64,000 nucleotides of DNA from Entomortierella parvispora E1425 (Eukaryota; Fungi; Mortierellomycota): contig BQFW01000015.1 of the NCBI GenBank assembly GCA_020891255.1, positions 2,480,001 through 2,544,000 of the forward strand, in the 5' to 3' direction. The notes under the pieces were generated by a model. The model had not been told where the DNA came from. It did no database searches and saw nothing but the letters and a program-made list of their open reading frames with translations. Both the position numbers and the translations under genes were made by a program. Below are positions 13,442 through 25,767 of the stretch, in pieces (the stretch's first letter is position 1; each line of letters begins with the position of its first letter).

Positions 13442-15306
13442 CTAGGATGAAGAATAAGTAGGGGGGATGATGGAGGAAATAGTTCTGGAAGAAGAAGCTG
13501 GCAAGGACGCAGACGACGAAATGGACGAGGCTGCACTATCCTTGCTATCACCTTCCAGGTTTTCCTTGATATACTCGTATGCGAACAAGTACCCGACACC
13601 ACCTGGGATGGCGGCCATCAGTTTTGGAGCCATGCCCTTGAAGAATCCACGAACGCCTTCCTCCTTGGCGATCAGTCTCGCCATGGCCCACCAGCCCTTC
13701 TTCAATTGCTCCGCCTGTTCCCGATGAAATCCGTCCAGCAATTGCAGTCGGACGCGAACCATATCAAACGGACTCGAAAACACGAGGCCCAAGACCGAGG
13801 CATTCAAAGCCGAGAGTCCTACAATCAGGGTATTGTTCTGGGAAAGCTGATGCTTGGCGTAGAATCTTTCCGTGTTGCCGGTCTTCATCTGCTGCTGCTC
13901 CTTGGCCGAGAAGTGGTTAAAGAGCACCTTCTTTGTGGACTCGTAACCAGCCCAATGCGCGACACTGGAGGGTGTGAAGGCCAACAGTGTAGCCATAAAT
14001 CCTTGATAGTAGCCACGGATACCCTCTGTCCTGTAGATTGACTTGAAAATATCTATTGCACAAAATATCGTTCTCATTAATGACCATGACCTCCAGATCG
14101 ACCAGTAAAAAGCCCATTTTTGTATCTATCCTTATATCCTTACCCATGCTGGTGACACGAGCGCCGCCCTTAGATTCAGACTGGACACGCAGCCGTTGAG
14201 AGATGATATCTGTGGGAACATAAAGAGCTGCTGACACGGCCTCGGCCAAAAATCCTGCTGTTCCAGCTACCGCAATTTCTACACAGTGGGTAAATTAGGG
14301 AAGTAAGTTATCAGGGCATCGCCTTTTTGTTGTTTTCTTGATCCTGTTTCCACCAGAGTCACTTTTAGTACCTCTGGTAGCGCTGTTCGAGTTGGTCTTG
14401 TCTGGGAAGTTGCGCTCAATGACTGAAGTGGCGTGTTCGTAAACACCGAGGTATACTGCCTGAGAGGGCAACGATGTCAACACTAAGAGTAAGAAGGAGA
14501 TAAAGGTGTCAGTGGCTTGCAACTGATGGTAGAGACTGGCATGATGCGTTGAGAACTTACGAAAAGGACCGAGTCCACGAAACAGTTTGGTAGGACCTAA
14601 AGAAATAGAGTGAGCAAAGTAAAGGTGGTTGGAAAAGGAAATAAATTAGTTGAGAAAAGGGTTCGAATCTCCTTTTTGATCATTCCTGTGTCCTAGAGAG
14701 AGGAAGCTCATTCTCTACCTTCCGTCCTAGCAATGTCCCGCAAGAGTTTGAAGGTTGACTGAGGCGTGTTCTATAAGAGTGGATGGAAGCAAAGAGTCAG
14801 ACAAACCGAGCAACTGAAATGTCATTGACAGTCGGTTTTGAATAATAGTACGAATTCACGAGAACCCTCCGACAACAAAAAACAACATACATCCTTGCTG
14901 GCCTGCATCCTGGTCCTGGCGACCTCCAAGGGCCAAACGACCACATCTACAGTGACCAAATGGTTTTTTTTGCAAGAGAAGTAGATGTTATTTTTCTGAA
15001 AGTCAGTAGGCCACATGGGTGCGGCTATAGGTCCGAGCCTATTTGGCACTAAAGCAGGTCTTTTTTCCCTCCCCGTTCGATCCGTTGGTCCCGATCCGAA
15101 CAAACAATAGCCAGACTTGGAGGGAATAATGGCGTTCAAGATATCTGATCGAAAAGAAACATACCGAGGCACATGAAGACACCTGTTCCTTGGAACATGT
15201 AGGCAACCACATTGGCTGGACCCAGGGTGACCTTCTTCTGGGCTGCAGGCTGCAGAGCGGTGTTTTCGACCAGTGCGGTGGTCACTGGGTTGGGTATTGT
15301 CGCCAT
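13442..15306 (-). CDS. Mitochondrial carrier family protein (SLC25A44-like)
   Basis: Three Px[DE]xx[KR]x[RK]-type signatures: PLEVARTRMQ, PTDIISQRLRVQ, PFDMVRVRLQ; GIRGYYQG and GVRGFFKG motifs; multi-exon. Confidence 0.88.
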
Positions 15307-15823
15307 GGTGGGTTGGATATGTGTGAAAGAGAGGAGGCTGCGGAGGGCTCGAGTGTTGGGTTGAGTTGATGGACAGTCGTATAGCTAGTCAAAGGTTGAT
15401 GGTTCCTCCGAATGAGATTGAATGAATGGAGCAAGATCGCCTTTGAGCAGATCAGACAAGAAGGTCCGGGTGATCACACAGGAATGGAGCCGAATGCAAG
15501 TAGAATGCAAAGAGAACAAGTCTGCGCTGTTTGATGAAGGGGCTCCAGGCAGGATGAGAAGAGGAGGATGGCGGATGGTCGAGGTCAAGGAGAGACGGGG
15601 ACGAGATCAAGAGGAGAAAAGAGAGGGAAGGAGCGGCCTTTTCTTCAACAACAGCACACTCACTGGCAGGGGGGACACCTTTTTTTGACTTTGATCAAAT
15701 CTGATTGTTTTTTTTTTCCTTTTCCGTCCCCTCCGTCCGTCCCTCTGCCCCTTCGTGCTCTTCGCCCACTCGTCCCTTTCTGCGCTACGCCCAATCGACC
15801 TTCGACCTATACGCCATTCAACC

Positions 15824-16738
15824 ATGGATCCGGCCGCATCGCCTTCCTCGCAGGGATCAACTCCCATGCCCATGTCCGCATTCTACCGCCGGAAACTGGA
15901 GCAACATCAACTCACCCCAGAGGAATGGACCGCCGTCAGATTCGCCGTGATCAAACATACTGCCATCGGTACATGCATGCAAACGAATGCAAAGGTGCAG
16001 GTTGCGGCATCAAACTTGGGCCCCGGGAGGCACTCTTCCTGACTGAATATCTCTTTTGATGCATCGTTCTCTCTAGCTGCCGCCACAACTGTTTCCTTGG
16101 GAATGTCTGCTTTTTTCTTTGGTATGCGATTCTACCCGAGTCTATTTGCTCTTGGTCAAGTTCATACACCACGTCAACGCGTCAAAGATGCTTCGGACTG
16201 ACCTGTCTCTCCTATCCAATGTGCCAATAGCCCGATCCAAGTCCTGGAGCAGAGGACAAGCTCTAGCTCTTGCAACAGGTACTTTGCTTGAGAAAATGTA
16301 GCATGGGTCGGCCTTAGTAGCGATGCCGTTGATTTTTAACTCTTCCTTTCTGTGACCTTCTTATTGAATCAACAATATAGCTGGAAATGTTGTCGGTCTC
16401 GGATTAGGAGGTGTTATTGCTATGGAGTCAGGAATGAAGACTGTTGCGACACGGCTGGAAGGATCAGGGTCTGAGCTTCTCTATCTTATGGATAGATACT
16501 CGTAAGGACCTATCGCAAAGACAAAAGAAGCGCATCCAAGCAGCGGTGTTTTCATTCTGTAGGATTTAACTGATCGAGGTTTTCCCTCAACTTCTCTTCT
16601 CTCTTTCTCATGGATTGTTTTAGGAAAGCAACGTTGAAGGAAAAGTTGGGCGACAAAGCAGCAGAGGAACTTTTGATTTCAGACTCGTCGACAGGGAGCG
16701 CAACGGCCGCAAGGATGATCCCCCCAAAGTCCAATTGA
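15824..16738 (+). CDS. Small hypothetical two-TM protein (5 exons, ~157 aa)
   Basis: Exons join in frame via GT-AG introns: MDPAASP...KHTAI|AAATTVSLGMSAFFF|ARSKSWSRGQALALAT|AGNVVGLGLGGVIAMESG...DRYS|KATLKEK...PKSN*. Confidence 0.7.
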
Positions 16739-18134
16739 ATAAACAGCATGCGCCTTATCACATTCACCGAACTTCATAGCGACCCTTACAATTGGCCACG
16801 ATACCTTACGCGAGCAAATAGAGTGTGTACGTTGAGCATGCTCGCGTTTCATGTTTGGGAGCGAATGGTGCAAGTTGTTGACAAGACGATGTTGTGTCTT
16901 AGATGACGGTAACGATTCTAGCCACCCGCTCTCACGGACTCTCACGCACTACAGTGAATAGAAGTCACAATAGTTGAAGGCACTTCTTTTGCGACCGGCA
17001 TGAAGGAGTCTGCAGGAGCAACTGACATATCTAATGGGAGCGGAACGCACTTGTATGAGGAGGGTAAGTCTCTTTAACAGTGATAAAGTTGTCGCGTACT
17101 CAGACAGCAAGGGCTGATCATCGCGGTCGATCCGCACGAAGTCCCTCGAACACCAATTGCCTTTGCAGCACGCGCTCTGCTGAGAGGCACTGGATGGCTT
17201 TCTCCTCCTCTAAAAACCAGGCTGTGCGCCATTTGCTCGCATGTTTTTCAAATGCACTTGTGTGCTATCCGAGGTTGGCATCTCTTACGCTTTGACAGTA
17301 AAAAAAAATTGAACTTTCCCCTCCTGGAGGACAGTCGATCGTCATAGATACCTCTTGTCCTGCTCTGCATTTCCAGACCTTCCAACCTTTCTTATTCACA
17401 GCGGTCGGTCGGTTCTCTTACAGCATCGAGAATAGAAAAATCAAGGTGCGGGTGGATGAGACCTGGCAAGTCGTCAGCCCGAGACCCGGTTCGCAGCCAC
17501 TCACCGCCCCGTATTTTAGCCTTCAAAAGAAATCGGCAATTGAGGACTTTTTGGCCGTTGGGTGGAGACAAACCAAAAAAAAAAAAAAAATGAAAGAAAA
17601 AAAAAATCAGAGACGGGTTTACCCTTTTCCCAAAGTCCAACGCCGCTTGACCCATAAAGATAGAGCGCTGTTTGCACCACCCAACCGATCATTTGCCTGG
17701 ACATCCTGCAAACCCTGCTCAACCCTAATTGCTGAAAGGGAAGTAGCCGTCTGCCGACTGCCCGAGTCAACGGAGCTAAGGTTGGACTGCCTGGCAAGCA
17801 TCATAGGTCATTGTCATCATCGGATGTCTCTCAACCTTTCTTACCCTTTTGCTTATAAGGAGCAGCCCGTTTGCAGCTTTCCGCTCTCCACTTCCTTTCC
17901 ACATTTACTTCAACATACCCGCACCAACCTTCGACTCCACTCGAGCCCTTTCCTAAAAGCACACTTGCTTTGTTCGTTCTCCTTTGGCTGCCCGTGATCC
18001 ATAACCACTCTATCACTCAGACAGCAAAACCAAGCTTCTCTCATTCTCTCTCTCTCGTTCTCATCTTCCAACCCCACTCCTTTTCACTAATAAGGATATT
18101 TTCCACAAGCAGTCGACTCTATATTCACAACATC

Positions 18135-19175
18135 ATGTCCTCAGCAGAAGTTCTTTCCCCTGCATCCCCCGTGGCGGTCCGTCCTCGCCGTGGACTGGCT
18201 TCAATCAAGACCATGTTCAGTACTAAGAGACACACAATTACCCAGATACCCGGCGCCGACTCGGCTGCCACTACCCCCTCCACAGCAACCACCGCCGAGC
18301 CAGCAGCGGATAGTCCTCTCTCAACTCCTTCGACAACTGGGTCCGGCCACAAGAGCCAAGGTTCCGTTTCTTCCATCTTTGCTGCTAACCCGAAGAAGAC
18401 GCAGGAGAAGCTAGCGGAGAAGGAGAAGAAGGCCCAAGAGAAGGCAGCAATTCAATTGAGCACAGTGGACGACCATGGAGCGTTCTTGCCACCGACGCCC
18501 CTGGAGAAGGGCTACAAGGACCATTTCAAGGACAATGACGAGGATTACTTCTACACGATCATTAGCACCCCTCCTGATCGGGTTAGGACCTTCTTGTCGG
18601 CAGCATCAACCATCAGTCCTGGTATGTTCTCGACGCCGGCCAGCAAGATTAAGCGTCATACCATCGGGTCCTTCCCAGCCTCCGCAGGCCGCCACAGCAG
18701 TCGCCCTTCGTGGTCCTCGACAGATTCTTCTGCCTCAGGCGCTTCAATGTCCTCTGTGGAGGAAGAGGCGGACATGACGTCGTCGTCTTCATCATTGCCA
18801 CCCGTTGTCCCACCCAAGGACGATCACTTTGTCGTCGCAGCACCGACCAAGAAGAGCCAAGTGAGCAACAGCAACAAGACCCCTGGTCACAGGGTCCAAG
18901 CTTCTTCCTTCTTGACTGGTGTGAGCAACGACGAGTTTGAGGATCTGACCGACGCCTTGTCGGATTCAATTGGCAGCTCCTTCATGCCTGCCTCCCCTTC
19001 CTCGGTCCCTGAGCTGATGTCGGACGAAGAGGGCTCAGAGTCCTCATCCGCCCAGTCGTCTCCTCGTCATTCGACCGCTTCGCTCCAGAAGACCGATGCT
19101 GTCATGGAGGGCCGAAAGAAGGCGCATCAGCAAGTCGAAGAGTCCTTCGGGGGTGACTTGAGGCTGTCGCATTAA
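18135..19175 (+). CDS. Ser/Pro-rich hypothetical protein, single exon
   Basis: catcATG after CT-rich leader; coding-like codon usage; internal conserved-looking block QEKAAIQLSTVDDHGAFLPPTPLEKG...RVRTFLSAAS. Confidence 0.75.
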   Translation: MSSAEVLSPASPVAVRPRRGLASIKTMFSTKRHTITQIPGADSAATTPSTATTAEPAADSPLSTPSTTGSGHKSQGSVSSIFAANPKKTQEKLAEKEKKAQEKAAIQLSTVDDHGAFLPPTPLEKGYKDHFKDNDEDYFYTIISTPPDRVRTFLSAASTISPGMFSTPASKIKRHTIGSFPASAGRHSSRPSWSSTDSSASGASMSSVEEEADMTSSSSSLPPVVPPKDDHFVVAAPTKKSQVSNSNKTPGHRVQASSFLTGVSNDEFEDLTDALSDSIGSSFMPASPSSVPELMSDEEGSESSSAQSSPRHSTASLQKTDAVMEGRKKAHQQVEESFGGDLRLSH

Positions 19176-19914
19176 ACAGAGGGGTGATACCCAAAAGCCC
19201 TTCTCTCCCAGAATCGCAATAGCCCAAGACCTGCAGTAACCCGGCTCTCTTTCTTTGATATATATACATCACCTATTTTTGTTCTATTCTCGTAATATCT
19301 TTCGCTGTATTCATATTCTCTTCACTCCCCTCCTACCTCTGCTGCCTTCCCCACTATTTTTTTTTACTACCAAACACCTGTAATTCTCTAGTCCATGTTG
19401 TTCTCTCCATGGACACTTTAACCCGTAATAGCTACATTCAATAAAATGAAAAGAATGAACCTACGATTCAAACTACAAAATGAAAAATTGCCTGACCGTT
19501 GGATAGAAGGAAAGGGAAACCACATGGGTCAGCCTCCACCAACCTGCAGCCGATTCTTGTGTTTTCCATTCTCACAGTGGGCCCTGACACCCACATTTTT
19601 CATTCACTTGCCTTTCTCCACTCCACTTTTTCACTCACGCACCTATTCACCTTCTTTTTCCCCTGACCTCCTTCGCCCCGATGCCCTTTCCATTCCTGTT
19701 TCCCCTGTGCCTGTGTTCCTAGGACTCGGTTGCATCATCTGATCTTTTTTTTTTGTTTGTTTGTTTTTGGCCGGTCGGGCCATTGGTTCTTTGTTTTTGT
19801 TTGGACAACAGCGCTTCTCCGATTCCTCTTTGTGCGCAGACGCGCTCAGCGAAAACACCCTTTCCTCTATCCTCTTGTCAATCTGTCTCTCTTTTCTCTT
19901 CAGCAGACACAATG

Positions 19915-19956
19915 CACACACACACACACACGCACACACACACACGCACACACACA
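19915..19956. repeat. Imperfect (CA)n microsatellite
   Basis: Visible dinucleotide run. Confidence 0.9.
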
Positions 19957-20847
19957 TCCCCCCTGGAAGACATTGGGCGGTCAAGGACCCCAGCGCGCGG
20001 GGATTGCCGCAAAGTAAAAAAGTGGAAAAAAAACCGACATGCAGGTCCCTTGAAAATTCTTGGACTCGCAGCTGCATGCGCAGTGGCGAAAACGAGGGGG
20101 GGAAATGACAACGGATCATTGTCCGCAAGAACCAAAAGAAGGCGCCCAATCCGACGATTTTTTTTTTTTGGAGTCCGAAGAGTGCATGGGAAGGATAGGG
20201 TAAAGGATAGACGAGGGGAAGATCAAATACCCCGTAAAGCCGATCTTGTTACCGGGTCCGTCGAAGAGACGAACCTCCTCTTTCACAGAAACTGTGGCGA
20301 CCAAGGTAAACGGAATCAATGGTAGGCGGCTGTTGTTCTAACCAGGCATTCAATGGCAAGCTTGCTTTATTTTGAAGGGTGTTGCTTCCTCTTCCATCTC
20401 GGTTCTTTTTCAAAGTTCTTGATCCTCTGCTTTTTTGTATTTTTACTTGGTTCATATTCTTTATTTTTACAATCCACATCTTTTGACACGATCCCGCTGC
20501 TTCTCCCGTATTCAGCAATAAAGCTCAACTTCGTAATTGGCTTTCCTTTTTAGACTGACCATTGTTGCTCGGGCGGTTGCTCCAGTACAAGGGTGCCCAG
20601 GATAGTGAACGTTGACTTCATGGTAGCATCTAGCATGTTGGTGACAATGTACCTAACGTAGATTATTACCTGTCTTCTCTCCTTTCGTGTTCCATCCATC
20701 CAGATGGTTAAACCAAGCGCTTTATTTATCATGACGAAGCACGAACGCGGGTGTCCACAGATTTTTTTTGTTCTTTTTTTTTGACTGTAGATGCATTCAC
20801 GTAAATCACCCAGAGTAAATAAACAAACATTGACTTGGGTCCGGATC

Positions 20848-21810
20848 CTACAGTCGCACGGCGTGATCCCAACTTCCAGATGCAATTAGACCCCTGTTAG
20901 AAGAGTACGCCACACAGTTGACCTCAGATGTATGGCCACTCATAGTAGACCAAAGGTTGCCAGTTTGGGCATCCCAGAGCCTGACGGTCCTGTCTCGGCT
21001 GCAGGAAGCAATCTGGTGGCCCGTGGGTGAGTATGTCACAGAAGGAACGACGTCAGTGTGGCCAATCAATGTAGAGTCTAGAGTGCCAGTCCGTGCATTC
21101 CATAGTCATATGGCCCTATCATTACTGATTGAGGCGATTTGATGACCACCAGGTAAGCAGGCTACACAACGAATTTTCTTGGTATGGCCGCTCAACGAAT
21201 ACTGAAGAGAACCCGATTGCGAGTCCCACAATCGAATGGTTTGATCGCAACTGGACGAGGCAATCTGGAGGCCTTCAGGAAATAAATTGCAGATGAAATA
21301 GCTGCAGCATGGCCAGTCAAGACAGCGTGAAGGGCAAGCATTTGTGCCTCCCACAGTCGTACAGTGCCGTCACGAATGCCAAGGGCAACGCCATGGCCTG
21401 TGGCGATCTGGCGACCAATGGGCGAAGCAGAATAGGCCACATATGTGACAGTTTCGGCTCCGCTGTCCCAAAAAGAGGTAAGAGCTCCAGTCACCGGTGT
21501 GGCCTCGAAGAGTACAGCTGAGGTCGCCGGTCTGAACATCCCATAGTCGCACGGTCAAGTCAGCGCTAGCCGAGGCGATTTGGTCCCCGCTGGGTGAGTA
21601 CGCCATATTACAGTATTGACATGCTTTGTGTGGCCTGTCACTGTTCGACTGACTTCACCCCCTTCGTTTCCCACGTCTCCAGAAAATCATAGACGTCGAC
21701 CCTGCTCCACGTCGATGTGTCATACTCCTCGATCGTTTCGTCATGGAAAAAAGCCAACGGTCAAGCGCTTACCGTCAGGTGAGAGCTTGAAAAAAACTTG
21801 GGCATTGGTG
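20848..21810 (-). pseudogene. Degraded WD40-repeat domain (NACHT/WD40 NLR-like type)
   Basis: Repeats in several frames with stops and frameshifts: SPDGKRLTVGF..EYDTSTW; AYSPSGDQIASASADLTVRLWDVQTG; GLQIASSSCDQTIRLWDSQSG; GHTDVVPSVTYSPTGHQIASCSRDRTVRLWDAQTG. Confidence 0.85.
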
Positions 21811-22133
21811 GAATGAGTCAGCGCGTCAGAAACGCGACTCTTCTCTCCCTCTTTCTCCTCTTTTTTGAATCACCCTCCTTTTCCCCCAACTGAGCATTGT
21901 CCCAGGGCATCCTGTTTCCGAAGCAATGGCATCGTTTCTTCCTTCCTCGGGAGATGCTATCCACCGCATCTGATCCTGGTCCCGATCTCGAACTCGTCAT
22001 CTATCTAACCCCTCAACGTGGTGTGCACCCAGTGAGTCAACCTACGATGAACTTCTCAAAAGTGGGTTTGTTTTTATTATCCTTGGTATGACAGGTCAAG
22101 GTCAACCTGACACCGCCTGTGATGCTGCTTCCA

Positions 22134-23465
22134 TTATGACTCTTCTAACGGTTGGTCATAGTTGTAGGATCGATTAAGTCTCCAAGTCAAGTACTCGCCA
22201 GCATTCAGATGCCGAGCCTCCTCAAACTCGACAGCCTCTGCTCGCATCTCCTGAGTGATCAACGGCGTCGGGATTGGATCCAGTTTCATGTCATTGTTGG
22301 CGTGCATGAAGCAGGCGATCGAGTAGCGAGAGTTCTTTTGTTGTTGTGGGTTATACATGACTCTGTGCATCGTCGACTTGAGCAGTCCATTGGTCCACAT
22401 TTGTAAATGATCTGCAATGTTGACCAGGATTGTGTTTGGGATCACAGGTGCTGGTACCCAGGGCACATCCTTGTGTGTCCGTGACGCCTGCACTTCAAGT
22501 CCAGCGATATCCTTTTGCATCAGAAGAGTAATCGAGCCATAGTCGGTGTGGCTGTTTGGTTCACAAACATGAATTGAAAAAGACAAAAGAAAAAAAAAAA
22601 CAAGATTAGGATTTCGCTCTAAACGCCCCGGATTTTACTGAATGCGAGCATGTTTTTGATCACTTTACCTTCCGGCCAAAGGCGTGTTTGGGTCGCCCGG
22701 TTGACTCGGGTAATGAAGAAACCGCAAAGTGGTTCCCGAGTCCTCTTCCCAAACATGGCACTTCTCAAAGTAGTGTCGTCCTCCTGCAGACTCTGGCACT
22801 TGGAGTCCGATGGCAAAGCATTCCATGACCTTGCTGGACAACTCGTTCAGTCCCTTGAAGAACTGACCAACTTTGTACTGTATTTCCTTGTCCCCTTTAG
22901 AAAAGTATCCTGCTGAGGTTTCTTCGTCTATGGAGTACTTCCGGAGATTGAAGGCCCTAACAGATGATGAGCAATGAGCGTTGGCTTGGGCCATGAGTGT
23001 CCTATGTGATCTGTCTTGTTGTCAAGGGTGGCATGGTAAAAGAGGATACTTACTCTTTCAAGTCTCCGACTTTTTGATGTTCGGGGTCGAGTCTAAAGCA
23101 TCCAATGAAAAAATAAAAAAAACTTGCGTCAATGACAATGCAGGACTCTTCATGACTACTATGACCATCTTGGTGAGAACCTACGTCTCGGACTTCATGG
23201 GCGAGTATCCGACATTGTCGGGTCCAATCATGCGCTGAGCCTTGACCTTGACTGGTTGGCTGAAGAACGACTTTGAGGCATCAAACATTTCCTCAATCAG
23301 GTCCTGGGGAACGCCATGATTCTTGAGATAAAAAAAGCCGATATTTTGACTGGCCTCGAGGACTTGACGGGCGCACTCGGCTGGGTTCGAGTTGAACAGG
23401 CTAAAGTCGATGACGGGGATAGAGCTGTTGACTCCTGAAGGCGCAGTGGTGTCGTCCTTGAGCAT
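22134..23465 (-). CDS. 2OG-Fe(II) dioxygenase, IPNS/DIOX_N family, copy A (intact)
   Basis: PVIDFSLF...GFFYLKNHGV; exon 2 LDPEHQKVGDLKE; LRFLHYP; HTDYG...MHRV...RYS (HxD..H iron triad, RxS 2OG-binding); 4 exons. Confidence 0.9.
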
Positions 23466-23905
23466 TGCTGGATTGATGTCAGATGGATGAGGGAACATGT
23501 GTGGGAATGAGAAGAGACGAAAGAGAGCGCACGCGCCCCGCGTCTTCCCCGGACTCGTCTTCCCGAGGTTTTGTGACTGCTGGGTCACCCTGCCCGATGC
23601 TCTATGCTCCTTTTGCCCAAGTGTGCTTCTTGAACTCGTCCTTTCTCTTCCCACAATTGAGCCGACTGGTGGTCGCGCAGAAGATATTTCCCGAGGCTTC
23701 GTACCATGTGGTGTCATACGGCGAGGCCATGAAAAAAAGCAAATTGGAGATCCTCTTCTTTCAATACTGTCGACTCGGCCAACATCCTTGATTCATAAAA
23801 CAGAAAATAAAAAAAAGTTGCAAAAGAGACTTCATTGATGCGTCTCTCTCCAGCCATAGGCGACGACAACTATCTATCAGCAGTCAGAAACTACCATTTC
23901 GCCTT

Positions 23906-25159
23906 TTAAGAATCCACCTCCAGTGGCGGAGCAGAGTCATACGTCCGATTGATTCTCCATTTTATGTACTCGCCCGCAGTCATATGGCGGGCGTCCTCAA
24001 ACTCGGTTGCCTCCGCTCGCATCTCTTGAGTGATCAATGGCGTCGGAATTGGGTCCAGTTTCATGTTACTGTAAGCATCTACGAAGCAGGCGATTGAGTA
24101 TCGAGATCGATTCTTCTGTTGTGGGTTATACATGACTCTGTGCATGGTCGACTTGAGCAGCCTATTGGTCTACAGCTGTAAATGATCTCCAATGTTGACA
24201 AGGATCGTGTTTGGGATCACAGGTGCTGGTACCCAGGGTACGTTCTTGTGAGTCCTCGAGGCCTGGACTTCAAGTCCGGGGATATCCTTTTGGATCAAAA
24301 GAGTCACTGACCCGTAGTCCGTGTGGCTGTTTGTACCACAAGCAAGGGAAATAAACAAAAAAATTAGGATTTTCGCTCTATCTCAACTTCAACCTGATCT
24401 CACCGCGCGCATGCATGATTCGACCGCCTTACCTTCCAGCCAAAGGACTGTTTGGATCAACAGGCTGACTTGGATAGTGAAGGAACCGCAGGGTATTTGG
24501 CGAGTTTTCATCCCACGTATGGGCCTTGTCAGAGTAGTGTCGCCCTCCACGGGCGAAACACTCCATGACCTTCCTAGACAGGTCATCAAGGTCTTGGAAG
24601 AACTGGCCGACTTTGAGCTGCAGCCCCTTATCTCCTCGAGAAAAGATCTCTGCTAGGTTCTTTTCCCCGACTGATAACTTGTGGAACTGGAAGGCTCTAA
24701 AGAAACGATGGAAGAGGAGGCATGGTTTAGGTTGTGCAAGTTTTGTCCAGGCGAGACAAGTCAATCATCCTTCGTCAGCATCGACACGAAAGCAAAGGGC
24801 TTACACCATTTAGTAAATGGCGGACATGCTGTTCCTTCTTTTGCCAAATACACCAACAAATGGAGAGCTGGAGCCTACTTCTCGGATTTCATGGTTGTGT
24901 ATCCGCCATTATCGGGTCTCATCATACACTGAGCCTTGACCTTGACGGGCTGGTCAAAGTACGCCTCTGAGGCATCGAACATCTCTGCGATCAGATCCTG
25001 GGAAACGCCATGGTTCTTGAGATAGAAGAAGCCAATGTTCTGACTGGCCTCAAGGACATGGCGTGCGCACTCGACTGCATCCGACTTGAAGAGGCTGAAG
25101 TCAATGACAGGGATAAAGGTATTGGGATCTAAGGGTGTTGTGCTACCGTTGTTGAGCAT
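23906..25159 (-). pseudogene. 2OG-Fe(II) dioxygenase copy B, pseudogene
   Basis: TGG>TAG stop at 24172-24170 upstream of third iron ligand His; exon 2 (LDP..GDLKE) absent; net 8-aa in-frame deletion (CFAIGLQVPESAGG > CFARGG). Confidence 0.85.
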
Positions 25160-25767
25160 TGCTGGCCAGATGTCAGATGGTTGAGGGGGGGAATGTGTGG
25201 GAATGAAAAGAGGAGAGGAGAGAGAGCAAAAGAGGACAAATCAATCAGCACACGCGTCCCAAGTTTTCCCCACGGTCGTCTTTCGTGGATCCGTCTAGGG
25301 CGAGGTTTGTGGCTGTTGTAGCCATCACTTTGCTTCCAAGCCCCTGTTGCCCAAATGTGTGCTTGAACTCGTCCCCCCTTTCTTCCAGGAACATGCACCA
25401 TGACAGTCCAATTCGAAACTGATCAACTGAACGACTGGGGATCCTGAAAAAGATGTTTCTTGTGGCCACCACAAGTTAGATGATCAATGCGGTGCCACTT
25501 GGTGTCATATGGTGAGGCCATGAAAAAAAAAAAAAAAAAAACTGGAGATCCTCTTCTTTATTGCTCTTGGAATCACAAAGTGGCTTTCTTCTTAGAGGAT
25601 CGATATGAACAGCGACGTCAATACTGTCAACTCGGCTAAGAACCATGATTCATAAAACGGAAAAAAAAAAGTTGCAAGAGAGGCTTGGTTGATGTGTCTT
25701 TCTCCGGTCATGGGCAACGTCTTTCCCCGACAACTATAGCAGAAGTCAGGAACAACCATATAGCCTT

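Noticed and set aside
14659-14669. GGTTCGAATC tRNA T-loop-like motif
   Set aside because: No acceptor, D or anticodon arms; lies within a carrier-gene intron.
17871-18134. 88-aa N-terminal extension of the Ser-rich ORF
   Set aside because: Starts at a non-ATG codon and has CT-rich 5' UTR composition; ATG 18135 preferred.
24161-24172. Two CpA>TpA changes in dioxygenase copy B resembling RIP
   Set aside because: Only two events, no wider C>T bias seen against copy C, and RIP is not established in this lineage.
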